DNA from: an uncultured Phycisphaerales bacterium
GTDB taxonomy: Bacteria; Planctomycetota; Phycisphaerae; Tepidisphaerales; Tepidisphaeraceae
Direction of reading: 5' to 3'
NCBI GenBank assembly: GCA_963758525.1
Contig: CAVWVQ010000002.1
Span: 384,001 to 448,000 of the forward strand
DNA: 64,000 bases
Shown here: in pieces, positions 51,668 through 62,631 of the stretch
Numbering within the stretch: position 1 is the first letter of the stretch
Layout of the letters: each line of letters begins with the position of its first letter
Made by a program: the position numbers and the translations under genes
The notes under the pieces: generated by a model
The model's input: the letters and a program-made list of their open reading frames with translations, nothing else
The model's database searches: none
Told to the model about the DNA's origin: nothing

Positions 51668-54010
51668 ATGGCATCCATCGGGAAAGATATTGCTCACGAT
51701 TCGGCCGTAACGCACGTTACCGGCGAGTCAATCTTCCTCGACGACCTGCCGCCGCTGGCGGGCGAATTGCTGGCCGGCATTGTCCCGTGCCCCGTGGCCC
51801 ACGGAACGATCAAACTGCTCGATCTGTCGGCGACCCGCGCGACCCCCGGCGTCATCGCGGTGCTCACCGCGGCAGATGTCCCCGGTCACAATTTCTTCGG
51901 CGCATCGGTCAAGGACGAACTCCTGCTGGTGGAGGACGAGGCGGTATTCCTTGGTCAACCCCTGGCGATCATTGCCGCCGAGAATGCTGAGGCGCTCGAT
52001 TCGGCGCGCAGGTCGGCAATCGTCGAAATGAACCAGTTGCCGGCAATCTTCGGCATCGACGAAGCGATTGCCGCCGGTCATTTCTTTGGGTTGCCGCGAA
52101 AGATTGCGCGGGGCGACATCGAGGCTGGCTTTGCCGCCGCCGACCGCATCATTGAAGGCACCCTTGCCATCGGCGGGCAGGAGCACTTCTATCTCGAGTC
52201 GCACGTCGCGATTGCCATCCCTGGCGAGCAGGGACAGATGCTGATTCATTCATCGACGCAGCATCCCAGCGAGGTGCAGATGATGGTCGCCGAGGTGCTG
52301 GGGATTCCTTTCAATCATGTCGTCTGCGTTTGCAAACGAATGGGAGGCGGCTTCGGCGGAAAGGAAACCCAGGCCGCGCAGCCCGCAATGATGGCCGCCC
52401 TGCTCGCCGCCCGCACGCGCCGTGCGGTGCGGTTCGTCTATACCAAAGACGACGACATGCGCTTCACCGGCAAGCGTCATCCGTTTAAAGCCTCATACAA
52501 GGCCGGTTTCACCTCCGATGGGCTGATCACCGGCCTCGATGTCACCCTCCATTCCAACGGCGGCTGTTCGACCGATCTGTCATTTGCCATCTTCGAGCGG
52601 GCGATGCTGCACATCGACAATGCGTACTTTCTGCCGAACGTGCGCATTGAGGGGCGCGTGTGCCGAACCAATCTTCCGAGCAACACGGCGTTTCGCGGAT
52701 TCGGCGGGCCGCAGGGGATTGCGGTGATCGAGAATCTGATCGAAGAGATCGCAGCCAGCCTGGACCTCGACGCGTTGTCGGTGCGCCGGGCCAATTGCTA
52801 CGGAATTGCCGAAAGAAACACCACGCCCTACGGACAGCTCGTCCGCAATAACGTATTGCCGCGGCTCTTCGACACCCTTCGCGAGGAATGCGATTACGAG
52901 GCGCGACGCGCCGCCATCACGTTGTTTAATTCCGCTTCCGTGACCCGTTTGAAAGGGATGTCCCTGTCGCCGGTGAAGTTCGGAATTTCGTTCACCCGCC
53001 GGACGATGAATCAGGCAAACGCGCTGGTCAACGTGTATCAGGACGGATCGGTGATCGTCACCACCGGCGCGACGGAGATGGGCCAGGGCGTGTACACCCG
53101 CATCAAGCAGATTGTCGCCGACGAACTGGGGATATCGCTCGAGAAGGTGATCATCGCCGCGACGAGCACCGACAAAAACAACAATACCTCGCCGACGGCC
53201 GCCTCCTCCGGAACCGACCTGAACGGCGCGGCCGCCGCTGACGCATGCCGGCGCATTCGTGAACGCTTGTCGCTGGTTGCCGCCGGGTTGCTGGCGCGAC
53301 CCGCCGACGGGCTCGCTGCCGAGCCCCAGCGGGTGCGATTTGTCGACGGGTCGGTCTTCGACGAGCGGGCGCCGCATCGGACGCTGTCGTTTCGTGACTT
53401 GGTCTGCGAAGCGTTCGAACAGCGTGTCAGTCTTGGCGAGCGCGGATTCTACATCACCCCCGGCGTGGACTTTAATCGCGAGACCGGACGCGGCTCGCCG
53501 TTTCTGTATTACACCAACGGCGTGGCTTGCAGCGAGGTGCTGATCGACCGGTTTACGGGGGACCTGAGCGTGACGCGTGTGGACCTCATCATGGACGCAG
53601 GTAAGCCGCTCAACCCCGGCATCGATCGCGGCCAGATCATCGGCGGATTCGTGCAGGGAATGGGCTGGGTGACCGGCGAAGAACTCGTGTACGGCCCCGG
53701 CGGCCAGTTGCTCTCCAACTCGCCGACCACGTACAAGATCCCCAACATTTCCGATCTGCCTGCCGTGTTCAACGTTCGTTTCCTGGACAATCCCGATTGC
53801 GACGTCAGTCTGTACCGCAGCAAAGCCGTCGGCGAACCGCCGCTGATTTTAGGATTGAGCGTATGGCTCGCCGTGAAAGACGCGCTGTGCGCATTGAGCG
53901 CCGACGCCGCCGCGCCGCTTCGAATCCCAGCCACGGGCGAGCAGATTCTGCAGGCCATCGAAGCATTGAAAGCCCGCAACAGCGCGCCGGTCGCGGTGGA
54001 AGGCAAATAA
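51668..54010 (+). CDS. xdhB: Xanthine dehydrogenase molybdopterin-binding subunit
   Basis: GQEHFYLE, RMGGGFGGKETQ, AFRGFGGPQG, PTAASSG, GGFVQGMG, SKAVGEPP. Confidence 0.97.
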   Translation: MASIGKDIAHDSAVTHVTGESIFLDDLPPLAGELLAGIVPCPVAHGTIKLLDLSATRATPGVIAVLTAADVPGHNFFGASVKDELLLVEDEAVFLGQPLAIIAAENAEALDSARRSAIVEMNQLPAIFGIDEAIAAGHFFGLPRKIARGDIEAGFAAADRIIEGTLAIGGQEHFYLESHVAIAIPGEQGQMLIHSSTQHPSEVQMMVAEVLGIPFNHVVCVCKRMGGGFGGKETQAAQPAMMAALLAARTRRAVRFVYTKDDDMRFTGKRHPFKASYKAGFTSDGLITGLDVTLHSNGGCSTDLSFAIFERAMLHIDNAYFLPNVRIEGRVCRTNLPSNTAFRGFGGPQGIAVIENLIEEIAASLDLDALSVRRANCYGIAERNTTPYGQLVRNNVLPRLFDTLREECDYEARRAAITLFNSASVTRLKGMSLSPVKFGISFTRRTMNQANALVNVYQDGSVIVTTGATEMGQGVYTRIKQIVADELGISLEKVIIAATSTDKNNNTSPTAASSGTDLNGAAAADACRRIRERLSLVAAGLLARPADGLAAEPQRVRFVDGSVFDERAPHRTLSFRDLVCEAFEQRVSLGERGFYITPGVDFNRETGRGSPFLYYTNGVACSEVLIDRFTGDLSVTRVDLIMDAGKPLNPGIDRGQIIGGFVQGMGWVTGEELVYGPGGQLLSNSPTTYKIPNISDLPAVFNVRFLDNPDCDVSLYRSKAVGEPPLILGLSVWLAVKDALCALSADAAAPLRIPATGEQILQAIEALKARNSAPVAVEGK

Positions 54011-54115
54011 GGCGTAAAGCGCCGCGTCGCCGATTCTCGAACAGAGCAACCCTCCGAACGCTCCGCCGCACGGGCGGCTCGTAATCCATTCCCGTCGAAA
54101 ATGCCGGTGGACAAC

Positions 54116-54185
54116 GTAGGGCGGGATTCATCCCGCCGCGGGTTCTGTAAAACCACAGACCACGGCGGGATGAATCCCGCCCTAC
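54116..54185. repeat. REPIN-like perfect inverted doublet of REP family B
   Basis: GTAGGGCGGGATTCATCCCGCC (54116-54137) and its reverse complement (54164-54185). Confidence 0.9.
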
Positions 54186-54291
54186 ACGAAACCCGCGAGT
54201 TCGGATGGGACGAACCACCGCCCTGCTGTTGGAGGAATCACCTGATGACATTGACCGATTTGATCTGCACCGGTCCGTTGTGCAACTCATT

Positions 54292-54332
54292 CCCCCCTCC
54301 CTTGGTACTCCGGGGGAGGGTTGGGGTGGGGG
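54292..54332. repeat. REP family A copy
   Basis: cccccctcccttggtactccgggggagggttggggtggggg, near-identical to 29399-29438. Confidence 0.85.
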
Positions 54333-54582
54333 CTTCGCTCAGGCTCGCGCGGCTGATCATCGAAACGCTTCGCACGTCCTCAAAAACCCAGCCCTCTTCA
54401 CCTTCCACGGACGGCGCAGGGAATAATCTTTCATTCTTCATTGACGACACCCTGCATCACGCACGGCCTCCGAACGGTATATTCATTTCCGGATCAAACA
54501 GGCGGCACATTTGCTGATCCCGAACACGCGGTCGTTTCCGCGACCGCCGCGCAGCGCCTGCGCACGAGGCAGGAGCGACCAC

Positions 54583-56571
54583 ATGAGCACTGAATCGAAC
54601 CCCGCCAAGCTCGGAAGCGATCTCAACGCGATGCCAGATCCCATGGCGACCTTGGCTCCAGGCTCCGCCGACGGCTTCGGCACAGAGCAGCCGAACACGG
54701 CCGGTCCGTCCGGACGGCCCCCGCTTTCTGACCCTTCGACATTGAAGATTGCCGGATACCGTGTCATTCGGGAAATCAGCCGCGGCGGACAGGCGATTGT
54801 CTTCGAGGCGATTCAGCTTGCGACGAGCCGGCGTGTGGCGATCAAGGTGCTTCGGGAAGGTCCCTTCGCGTCGCCGCAGGGCAGGGCGCGGCTGGAGCGG
54901 GAAGTGCTCGTGCTCGCGGCACTCGATCATCCGGATATCGTCCAGGTGCTCGATAAGGGGGTCGCGGCGGACGGCTCTTTTTTCCTGGTCATGCCGTTTC
55001 TCACGGGCCGGCCGCTCGACCAGTATTGGGACAGCTATCACCAGCGCGGATCAGAGACTGCGAAAGACCCCGCCGAATTGATGCGGTTGTTCCTGCGGAT
55101 TTGCGATGCGGTGAATGCAGCCCATCTGCGCGGGGTCGTTCACCGCGATTTGAAACCGAACAATATTCAGGTGGACGAGAACGGCAATCCGCACATCCTG
55201 GACTTCGGCCTCGCTCGCACCGCCGTCCCGACTACCGACGAAGACGGCAACCGTGACATGACCATCAGCGGCGAATTCCTCGGCTCGCTCCCATGGGCGA
55301 GCCCGGAACAGGCGGACGGTCTGTCATCGAAGATCGACACACGCACCGACGTCTATTCTCTGGGCGTCATCCTCTACCAGTCGCTCACCGGCCAATTCCC
55401 TTATGAGGTGGTGGGCACCATGAGAGACGTGCTCAACAACATCCTCACCGCCCGTCCGATGCCCCCCAGCCAGGTGCTGGCAGCACGCGAGGCAAAGGAG
55501 GTGGCCCGTCTTCGCAAGCTCCGCACGAAACATCTGCCGATGGTCAATCCGGTAATCGAAGCGATCGTCCTCAAAGCCTTGAACAAACGGCGGGAAGACC
55601 GCTACCAAACCGCGGGCGAGTTCGCGCGCGATATCGCCAATTACCTCGCCGGACGCCCGACACTGGCGGCCGGAGCTCGCTCTTCCAATCCGGGTCAACG
55701 CCGTGCGTTGATCGCCGTTGCCGCAATCGCAGTCGTTGCGCTGGCGGTCGTTCTGGCGCTGCCGCTGCGACCGCGTCACGTCGCGCCCGCCGGCGCAACG
55801 AGCGAACACGCGGCACCAACTGCCGCGCCAATTCAATCGGCGCTGCCCGTAGCAGTTCGGCCGATTGCGCCGGTTGCCGAGGATTATCCCGCGCTGGTCA
55901 AGCGTCTTCCCGGACTGCTCGGATATTGGCGCTTCTCCAGTTCGCTCAACAGCGATGTCAATGGCTACCTCGCCACTGCGCAGGGAGGCGCGTCGATCGT
56001 CCCGGAAGGCTCCGGGCCGATTCTGGGCGACAACGCACGCAACGCCGCGCTGTGGTTCCCCGTCGGAGGCGCTGGCGCGGCAGCGCCGTCGGTTCGCACG
56101 GACCTTGTGGGCGAGATCGCCGATGAAGGGACCATTCTCTGCTGGTGCTATCTTGATGCGCTCCCCTCGGATGAGCACCACACGTTTTATATCGCCGGCG
56201 AAAGCGAGTTTCGCAACGATTTTGATCTCTACATCGATGGCGACAATCACCTGAAGTTTTTTACCGATAACGGCACGTCCACCGTCAGCCCAATCCGGCT
56301 TCAAAGAAGCGACGTGCATGTCTGGCATTTCCTCGCAGCCACGTTCCTTGCTCATCACGATCGCGCGCTTTACATGGATGGAAAAGAGGTCGCCGTCAAA
56401 CCTTGCGGAGCGCACGAAACCAGCAAAACCGCGCCATTTTGCATCGCGTCGGCCATCTCTTCACCGGCCAGTTTCTTTGTTGGACGTATTGCCGAAGTCG
56501 CCCTCTATCAGCGCGCTCTGAGCGGCGACGAGATCGCGTCGCTTTACAACGCCGCGAAACCCGCTCACTGA
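54583..56571 (+). CDS. Hanks-type Ser/Thr kinase with a TM helix and an extracytoplasmic LamG/ConA-like domain
   Basis: VAIKVL, HRDLKPNN, DFG, SPE, DVYSLGV; C-terminal WHFLAAT..LYMDG..F.G.I.EVALY.RALS..EI. Confidence 0.93.
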   Translation: MSTESNPAKLGSDLNAMPDPMATLAPGSADGFGTEQPNTAGPSGRPPLSDPSTLKIAGYRVIREISRGGQAIVFEAIQLATSRRVAIKVLREGPFASPQGRARLEREVLVLAALDHPDIVQVLDKGVAADGSFFLVMPFLTGRPLDQYWDSYHQRGSETAKDPAELMRLFLRICDAVNAAHLRGVVHRDLKPNNIQVDENGNPHILDFGLARTAVPTTDEDGNRDMTISGEFLGSLPWASPEQADGLSSKIDTRTDVYSLGVILYQSLTGQFPYEVVGTMRDVLNNILTARPMPPSQVLAAREAKEVARLRKLRTKHLPMVNPVIEAIVLKALNKRREDRYQTAGEFARDIANYLAGRPTLAAGARSSNPGQRRALIAVAAIAVVALAVVLALPLRPRHVAPAGATSEHAAPTAAPIQSALPVAVRPIAPVAEDYPALVKRLPGLLGYWRFSSSLNSDVNGYLATAQGGASIVPEGSGPILGDNARNAALWFPVGGAGAAAPSVRTDLVGEIADEGTILCWCYLDALPSDEHHTFYIAGESEFRNDFDLYIDGDNHLKFFTDNGTSTVSPIRLQRSDVHVWHFLAATFLAHHDRALYMDGKEVAVKPCGAHETSKTAPFCIASAISSPASFFVGRIAEVALYQRALSGDEIASLYNAAKPAH

Positions 56572-56628
56572 ACGACCGTGCGTGATCCCTCGATCGCGCA
56601 GCGCGCTCTTTACCATCATGGCCAAACT

Positions 56629-57125
56629 CTATTTAAGCAGTGTCTCTGACTTAGCGCTGCCTGCCCAGATTGACAACCTTTTTCCCCAAAAGTCCGAGAC
56701 CCGGTACTCCATCGTCAACTTTCCAGAGTCGAAATCGGAGAGGTCAATAGCATCGGTATTGATCGACGCGGCTTCACCTGGTTGAAGCGTAACTGGGGCG
56801 AGCTTCGAGAGGCTTGGCACAATCAGATGTCCATCCTTTTTCGCTGTTCCGTTCAGGCCAACTGTTATAGCCAACGTGCCGTTATCGTCGCTGCTGTCTT
56901 GATCCAGCCTGTCGGTCACAACAGTTATGGGCTGATTTCCCACGTTGATCAGTAACACGATCAGCTTGCGAATTACTTTAGCCTGCCCGTTCTCATCTTT
57001 AACTGGAGGATGTGGAGTTCAGATTGGATCTTGATAGGCGCAGCGGCGGAATCATCCGCACGCAGGCAGGCCGCGAGAATGAACACGATGCAAGCGCCGG
57101 CCGCCCCAACTTTCGTCGAACGCAT
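56629..57125 (-). CDS. Small secreted protein split by an indel at ~57005
   Basis: The signal peptide MRSTKV...LRA in one frame joins PPVKDENGQAKVIRKLIVLLIN...LAPVTLQPGEAA in the adjacent frame. Confidence 0.55.
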
Positions 57126-57640
57126 ATGACTCCTCTGCAAGATCATCTTCGCATGGCATATGCAAAGAGTCCCGGCCACAGATTCGTAGTTGAGCATTGG
57201 TCTATCGATAGGCCTGGATTTTCTAACCATTTGAGTAGGGTAATGACTTGTCGCCGCTCTTCAAACGCTGACGCAACAACAATGGTCGTTGCGAATGTCC
57301 ATTCCTCTGATTTTCGCCGCCGTCAATGCGATAACGCTCCGCGGTTCCGGCAGAAAGCTTTTTCATTCGTTGGTCTGGGTGGTCAAACGCTGTCGGTTGA
57401 AAGAGTAAAATTTGACGCGGGATTGGCCAGGTTCGATAGTCTTGTGACTGGTCCGTCACCGGCGGCTAGCTACTGGGTTACACGGGGAAGCACATTGAAG
57501 AGGGGTGCCCGCTTCGATTGTGTTGCCGCCTGCCGGGGTTGCAGCTTAATAACGAGGGATCGAACAACATCGACTTTCTCCGCGGCGCATCGGACCGCAC
57601 GACCGCTGAGGTAAGTCAATTCATTGAAACCAGGGGCCGA

Positions 57641-60600
57641 ATGTCCAATCTGAAGAAAATGCAAGTGCGTCGGAATATCGGTCAAGGTCAATTCGGGCGG
57701 TTGGTCCGGTGCCTGTTCGCTGAAGTTGAGAAACTGGAATCGCGAAGGATGTTGTCGCACAGCGGCGACTCCCCATACGATCCACCAACCGATGCGGGGC
57801 ATGTCGTGGTGGATACCGGAAGTGGGCTGGACACCGGTTGCACCTTCGCATCAGGCGGGCCGCTTACGATCGATCTGCCGATCAGCCGATGCATCGACCC
57901 AACCAAGTTGGCAGCGCACATGTCGCTCCCGACGACCCTCACTCTGACCCTTCCTGCATATGACGTTGACTACGACGGAGATCCTGACGATCCGAGCACG
58001 CCCCCGGAACGTGACGAGGTCTATTTCGTCGGCAAGGATGGCGTGCGGGACGATCTGGGGACCCTCGAAGGCGCCAACGATATCTGGCAGAACAACACGT
58101 TCCAGGTTCCGATCGGCGACGTCGATTTCGGAACCGAGGACGCGTCCGGCAACGTCACGCCGGGCAACAACCAGATCGTCGTGAATATCGACACCGCCTC
58201 CCCGCCCGGGGCGGACAATTGGTGTACCGCCGTCGACTGGGTCGCGCTGCAGGTGCCAGTGGTTGATCCGGTATTGCTGGTGCACGGAATATTGAGCAGT
58301 CCCGCGACCTGGGGTTCCAACGGCTCGGGATTTGATTGGGAAGACGGTTTATCCAGTTGGGGCATCCCGTGGGAAGCCATCGACTTGAGCGGCTACAACA
58401 AGGCGCTGAGCAGCATCGACAGCGATGCCGCCCAAATCGCCTCGACCGTCGAGACGATGAAGCAGACATTTGGCGTAGACAAGGTCAACATCGTTGCCCA
58501 TAGCAAAGGCGGTCTCGATTCCCGGCAATTCGCCGAGACATCCGATTCGCTCGATACGCTGATCCAGCTCGATACCCCCAATGCCGGCAGTCCGTTGGCC
58601 ACTGCCGCACTCGCGGGCCTGGCGCGACTTTCACTCCCCGCCGCCGTGATCGGCACCCTGCTTGCTCCAGCCGGTCTGCAATTGACCCCCGAGTTCATGG
58701 CCGTTTACAACGAGTTTCACCCGCTCAACCCGGACGTGAATTACTATTCGATCGCCGGCAACTATACGTTCACGGGATTCGGCTCCGCCCTGCTCAACAC
58801 CGCTTTCCAGAGCTTCTATGGCGGACCCAACAGCCTGATCGTCGCCAACTCCTCTGTCTATTCACTCTCCCCCGGCATCACCTCGCTGCCCGCGTGGGAC
58901 AGCAGCGGGAGCGATCATTCCGCCTGGCACACCGGTATCACCCATTCGCAGGGAATCTTCGACGAAGTAGCGCCATACTTGCTGTCAACTTCGACCGCCT
59001 CCCCAAATGTGCAGACCGTGACACCGTCGACGTCGTCACCCGCAGCCAACCCGATTGCGCTCGCTCCCGAGGGCGGTGCCGTCGCCGCCGGACAGACCCA
59101 AACCCAGCAGTTCACGATCGACGCGTCGGCAACCGGGGCCACGGCCTTTACCATTGACTACGACTCCGGCCTGCTCGGATACACGCTCACATCCCCGTCG
59201 GGTGTCACCATTGACCCGACCTATGTCGCGGCGAACCCCGCCGTCGCCGGATATGCCGAAGGCGATGACGCCACCCAAACCGGAAATAAACAGGACACCT
59301 ACGTCATCGCGAACGCTCAGGCGGGAGTCTGGACCGCCAACGTGACCGGAACGGCGGTAACAGAGCCCTCGGGGTCCGAGCCGTACGTCGTCTCCGCTAT
59401 CGAGCAGGCCAGCGGGATCATCATGCCCGTCTCCTCGGATGCCACCGCATACACCCTCGGCCAAAGCGTCACACTAACGGCAAGTCCGACCCTCAACGGC
59501 ACGCCAATCACCGGCGCCACTGTCGACGCGACCATCCTGCTGCCCGACCAGACCACCCAAAACGTCCCCCTCGTCGACAACGGAGCCGGCGTCTACAGCG
59601 GAACGTTTACCGCGACCCAGACTGGCGCTTACGCGATGACTGTCACCGGCCAAGCGGGCGGGTCGACGGCATTCTCGCGCCTCGGCGTCGCGGTCGCCGC
59701 CGTGTCGTCCGGCACCGCCACGCTCAGTGGGTCCTACAGCACCACGGCAACCGACGCCAACGGTGACGGACTTTACGACACATTAACCGCATCCATCGGA
59801 GTGTCGGTCGGATCAGCGGGAAATTATCGCCTCACCGGGTGCATCACGGATGCGGGAGGAGCGGTCATCGATACGCAAACCAGGGACATCGCTCTGCCCG
59901 CGGGAACGTCCTCCGTTGATTTGGATTTCGACGGATCGAAGATCTACCAGCATGGAGTTGACGGGCCCTACGACCTTACTCAGGTGTCGCTCAAGGAGGA
60001 CAACGACGGGTTGCTCACTCCCGCGGCGGAGGCGCCACAAGCTGCCGCTACTTCCGCCTATCAATACACCGATTTCCAACATGCTCCAGTCGTCGCCGAA
60101 GCCGGCGGAAGCAGCCACACCGCCGACACCGATGGCAACGGAGAATTCGACACGTTGACTGTCTCGCTTCCGGTGACAGTATCTACCCCCGGCGATTATC
60201 AGTGGAGCGGCGAGCTGCTCGACGCCACCGGGCGTGTCGCCGCCCGAATCAGTAACTCAGGAACGCTCGCCAGCGGCGCAAATAGTCTCGATTTCCCGTT
60301 CGACGGACGCGAGATCTGGAGCAATGGATACGATGGGCCGTATCATGTCGGTAACATCGCGATCGTCGGCCCCTCCTCCGAGGCAATCGATACCACCTCC
60401 TACACGACCCCCGCCTACACTGCGCCTCAATTCGAACATGGCGCGAATCTGGTCGTCACCAATGTTCAGTTCGGCGGACCCCTTGTTCCCGGGCAGAGCC
60501 AATCTGTGACCTATACGGTTGAAAACGTTGGGCCGACGACCACTGAATCCGCGACGTGGCACGACGGAATTTACCTTTCCCCCTCCGGCATGTTCAGTTC

Positions 60601-61996
60601 CACTGACGTCTTGCTGACCGACCAAACGCACTCGGGCACGCTGCAGCCCGGCGCTTCGTATACCGCGACGGCGACTTTCACCACCCCCAGCGGCGCGACA
60701 TCAACGGACGCGGTGGTCGTGTTCACCGATTCGGCCAACCAGATCCGGGAAGGCGCCGCCGGCGAGGCCGACAACTTCGGTTCGTCCCTCGCTCTTTCTT
60801 TTACACTCGCTGCCGGCTCGCCCGCGACACCGATCGTCAATGGCCAGGCCGCGGCGGTTCCGGTTGCGGCAAGCGACCTTGGCGCCGAGGGCACCGCGAC
60901 CACCTTCACCATCACCGATACCGCAAATCAACCCCTGACGGTTGGATCGTTGCAACTCCCGGCCGGGTTCGATCTGACGGCAGCGCCGCCGGCTTCAATT
61001 GCCCCGGGGCAAGCAGCCACGTTCGCGGTAGCCGTCTCTGCATCGGCGCCAGTCGAGGCTCTCTCCGGACAGTTGACGATCCCCGTCAGCGGTCAAACCA
61101 TCTCCTTCCCGCTGAGCGGCCGCGTCTGGCAGGCGATTCCTGTTCCGGCGAAGAAGAAAGTCGTGTTTACGGACGCTTCCGGGCGGCAGGTCACCGCCCT
61201 GCTCGCCGGCCCCGGACGCGCCGAACTCCGCTTCGCCACCGCCTTCACGCTGCCTGCGGGAAAAACGACAGTTTACGCCGCCCATCAGAACCCCTCAGAG
61301 TTGCTTCTGAACGGCAGTACCGGCGCTTCGTCCATTTCTCTCGCCGTTCCGGGCCGGGCACAGACTGCCGTCGGCCTGATCACGATCAACGGGTCTGCGC
61401 GGTCCGTCGATGCGCCGTCCGCGACTATTGGCGGTCTCATCGTCACCGGCTCAGTCGCTGCGCTCACGGTCGGCAACGCCGGGGGCGGCGGGACGTGGTA
61501 TGTTGGCGGCGCGATCGGCAAAATTCGTGCGGCGTCATTTGCCTCGGGAGCGATAGTGGACGTCACCGGCTCCATAGGTTCCATTATCACAACGGGTGAC
61601 TTCGACGGTTCCCTGGCGGCGGCGGCCATCGGAACACTGTCCGTCGGAGGCGGCGCGAGCGGCACCAGGATCTATGCCGGAACGAACTTCGGAACCGACG
61701 CCGCGCTCGGCGGAACCGGGTCGGCCGCTGACACCTTCTATGCCGGCACGATCTCGTCCGTCAAAATACACGGTGCAGTGAATGGATCGATCTTCGCCGC
61801 AGGCTTGAATCCAGTAAACGGACGCTACTTCGACGGCGACGATCTGCTGATCGCCGGCGGCAGGATCAGATCGTTCACCGCCGCCTCGCTCAGCGCTGAC
61901 AGCCGTGTACTAGCTGACATTTTGCCTGCGAAGGTGAAGCTCGGCCGACTCACCGTCCTGCCAGCGGCGGACCCGAGGTTCAGTCTCAATTCTTGA
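57641..61996 (+). CDS. Large secreted LEPR-XLL protein with lipase/PGAP1-like hydrolase, repeated beta domains, CARDB and a conserved C-terminal domain
   Basis: EKLESRRMLS, PVLLVHG, VAHSKGGL, TPNAGSP, and two D.DG.G..D.L...FDG..I...G.DGPY repeats. Confidence 0.88.
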   Translation: MSNLKKMQVRRNIGQGQFGRLVRCLFAEVEKLESRRMLSHSGDSPYDPPTDAGHVVVDTGSGLDTGCTFASGGPLTIDLPISRCIDPTKLAAHMSLPTTLTLTLPAYDVDYDGDPDDPSTPPERDEVYFVGKDGVRDDLGTLEGANDIWQNNTFQVPIGDVDFGTEDASGNVTPGNNQIVVNIDTASPPGADNWCTAVDWVALQVPVVDPVLLVHGILSSPATWGSNGSGFDWEDGLSSWGIPWEAIDLSGYNKALSSIDSDAAQIASTVETMKQTFGVDKVNIVAHSKGGLDSRQFAETSDSLDTLIQLDTPNAGSPLATAALAGLARLSLPAAVIGTLLAPAGLQLTPEFMAVYNEFHPLNPDVNYYSIAGNYTFTGFGSALLNTAFQSFYGGPNSLIVANSSVYSLSPGITSLPAWDSSGSDHSAWHTGITHSQGIFDEVAPYLLSTSTASPNVQTVTPSTSSPAANPIALAPEGGAVAAGQTQTQQFTIDASATGATAFTIDYDSGLLGYTLTSPSGVTIDPTYVAANPAVAGYAEGDDATQTGNKQDTYVIANAQAGVWTANVTGTAVTEPSGSEPYVVSAIEQASGIIMPVSSDATAYTLGQSVTLTASPTLNGTPITGATVDATILLPDQTTQNVPLVDNGAGVYSGTFTATQTGAYAMTVTGQAGGSTAFSRLGVAVAAVSSGTATLSGSYSTTATDANGDGLYDTLTASIGVSVGSAGNYRLTGCITDAGGAVIDTQTRDIALPAGTSSVDLDFDGSKIYQHGVDGPYDLTQVSLKEDNDGLLTPAAEAPQAAATSAYQYTDFQHAPVVAEAGGSSHTADTDGNGEFDTLTVSLPVTVSTPGDYQWSGELLDATGRVAARISNSGTLASGANSLDFPFDGREIWSNGYDGPYHVGNIAIVGPSSEAIDTTSYTTPAYTAPQFEHGANLVVTNVQFGGPLVPGQSQSVTYTVENVGPTTTESATWHDGIYLSPSGMFSSTDVLLTDQTHSGTLQPGASYTATATFTTPSGATSTDAVVVFTDSANQIREGAAGEADNFGSSLALSFTLAAGSPATPIVNGQAAAVPVAASDLGAEGTATTFTITDTANQPLTVGSLQLPAGFDLTAAPPASIAPGQAATFAVAVSASAPVEALSGQLTIPVSGQTISFPLSGRVWQAIPVPAKKKVVFTDASGRQVTALLAGPGRAELRFATAFTLPAGKTTVYAAHQNPSELLLNGSTGASSISLAVPGRAQTAVGLITINGSARSVDAPSATIGGLIVTGSVAALTVGNAGGGGTWYVGGAIGKIRAASFASGAIVDVTGSIGSIITTGDFDGSLAAAAIGTLSVGGGASGTRIYAGTNFGTDAALGGTGSAADTFYAGTISSVKIHGAVNGSIFAAGLNPVNGRYFDGDDLLIAGGRIRSFTAASLSADSRVLADILPAKVKLGRLTVLPAADPRFSLNS

Positions 61997-62115
61997 AAAT
62001 CCCAGTCGTAACGCCCCGTGCCAACGATCCACTCCGCAACCGTCGCGCAACTCTTTAACACGGTGCAGAAAACAACGACAATCGATAATTTGCCGGAAAG
62101 ATTGTCAGCGGATCA

Positions 62116-62562
62116 GTGCGATCCCTCATCCATCGCGGAGGCATTATGCTTTACCGAGACTTGACCGGTGGCGTACACACCACCAGGGAGGGCGCCGCTG
62201 CCGCGAACGGGGCAGAGCTTGCGAAAAGGGCGGCTGTTTCGCCGCCGCCCGAGAACCCGCCATTCCAGCTTGAAAAAGGTTGGCCATTCTCGTCCGCCAC
62301 GAGTGAGGCGGAATCCTCCCGCTCCGCCAAGCCCAACCAAAGCGCGGCGGCGGGGTTCATCGTGCTGATCGTGATCGGATTGGTGATCGCCTCGAGCGGG
62401 AAGAAGGACGCGAAGGACGAACGCAACGGCGCGGCCGAATCCACCCCCGCCGCTGCCGACAAAGTCGACTCGCAGCCCGACGCGACGCCGACAGATGAAC
62501 CTGCGGCTGTTCACCATGCGACCCGCGAATCTCACGGTCGCTATCCCGGCATTAACGACTGA
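62116..62562 (+). CDS. Hypothetical single-TM protein
   Basis: One hydrophobic helix (AAAGFIVLIVIGLVIA); GGAGG precedes an internal ATG at ~62146. The C-terminus may be frameshifted. Confidence 0.45.
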   Translation: MRSLIHRGGIMLYRDLTGGVHTTREGAAAANGAELAKRAAVSPPPENPPFQLEKGWPFSSATSEAESSRSAKPNQSAAAGFIVLIVIGLVIASSGKKDAKDERNGAAESTPAAADKVDSQPDATPTDEPAAVHHATRESHGRYPGIND

Positions 62563-62631
62563 GGTGCGCGTTGCAGTCCCCAAGGGAGATTGCGGCAGCA
62601 CGGATCTCACGCGTAGATAGCCCCCGCTCAA

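Noticed and set aside
56600..57520. Prophage or IS remnant in the AT-richer stretch
   Set aside because: No transposase, integrase or phage motifs and no terminal repeats were seen.
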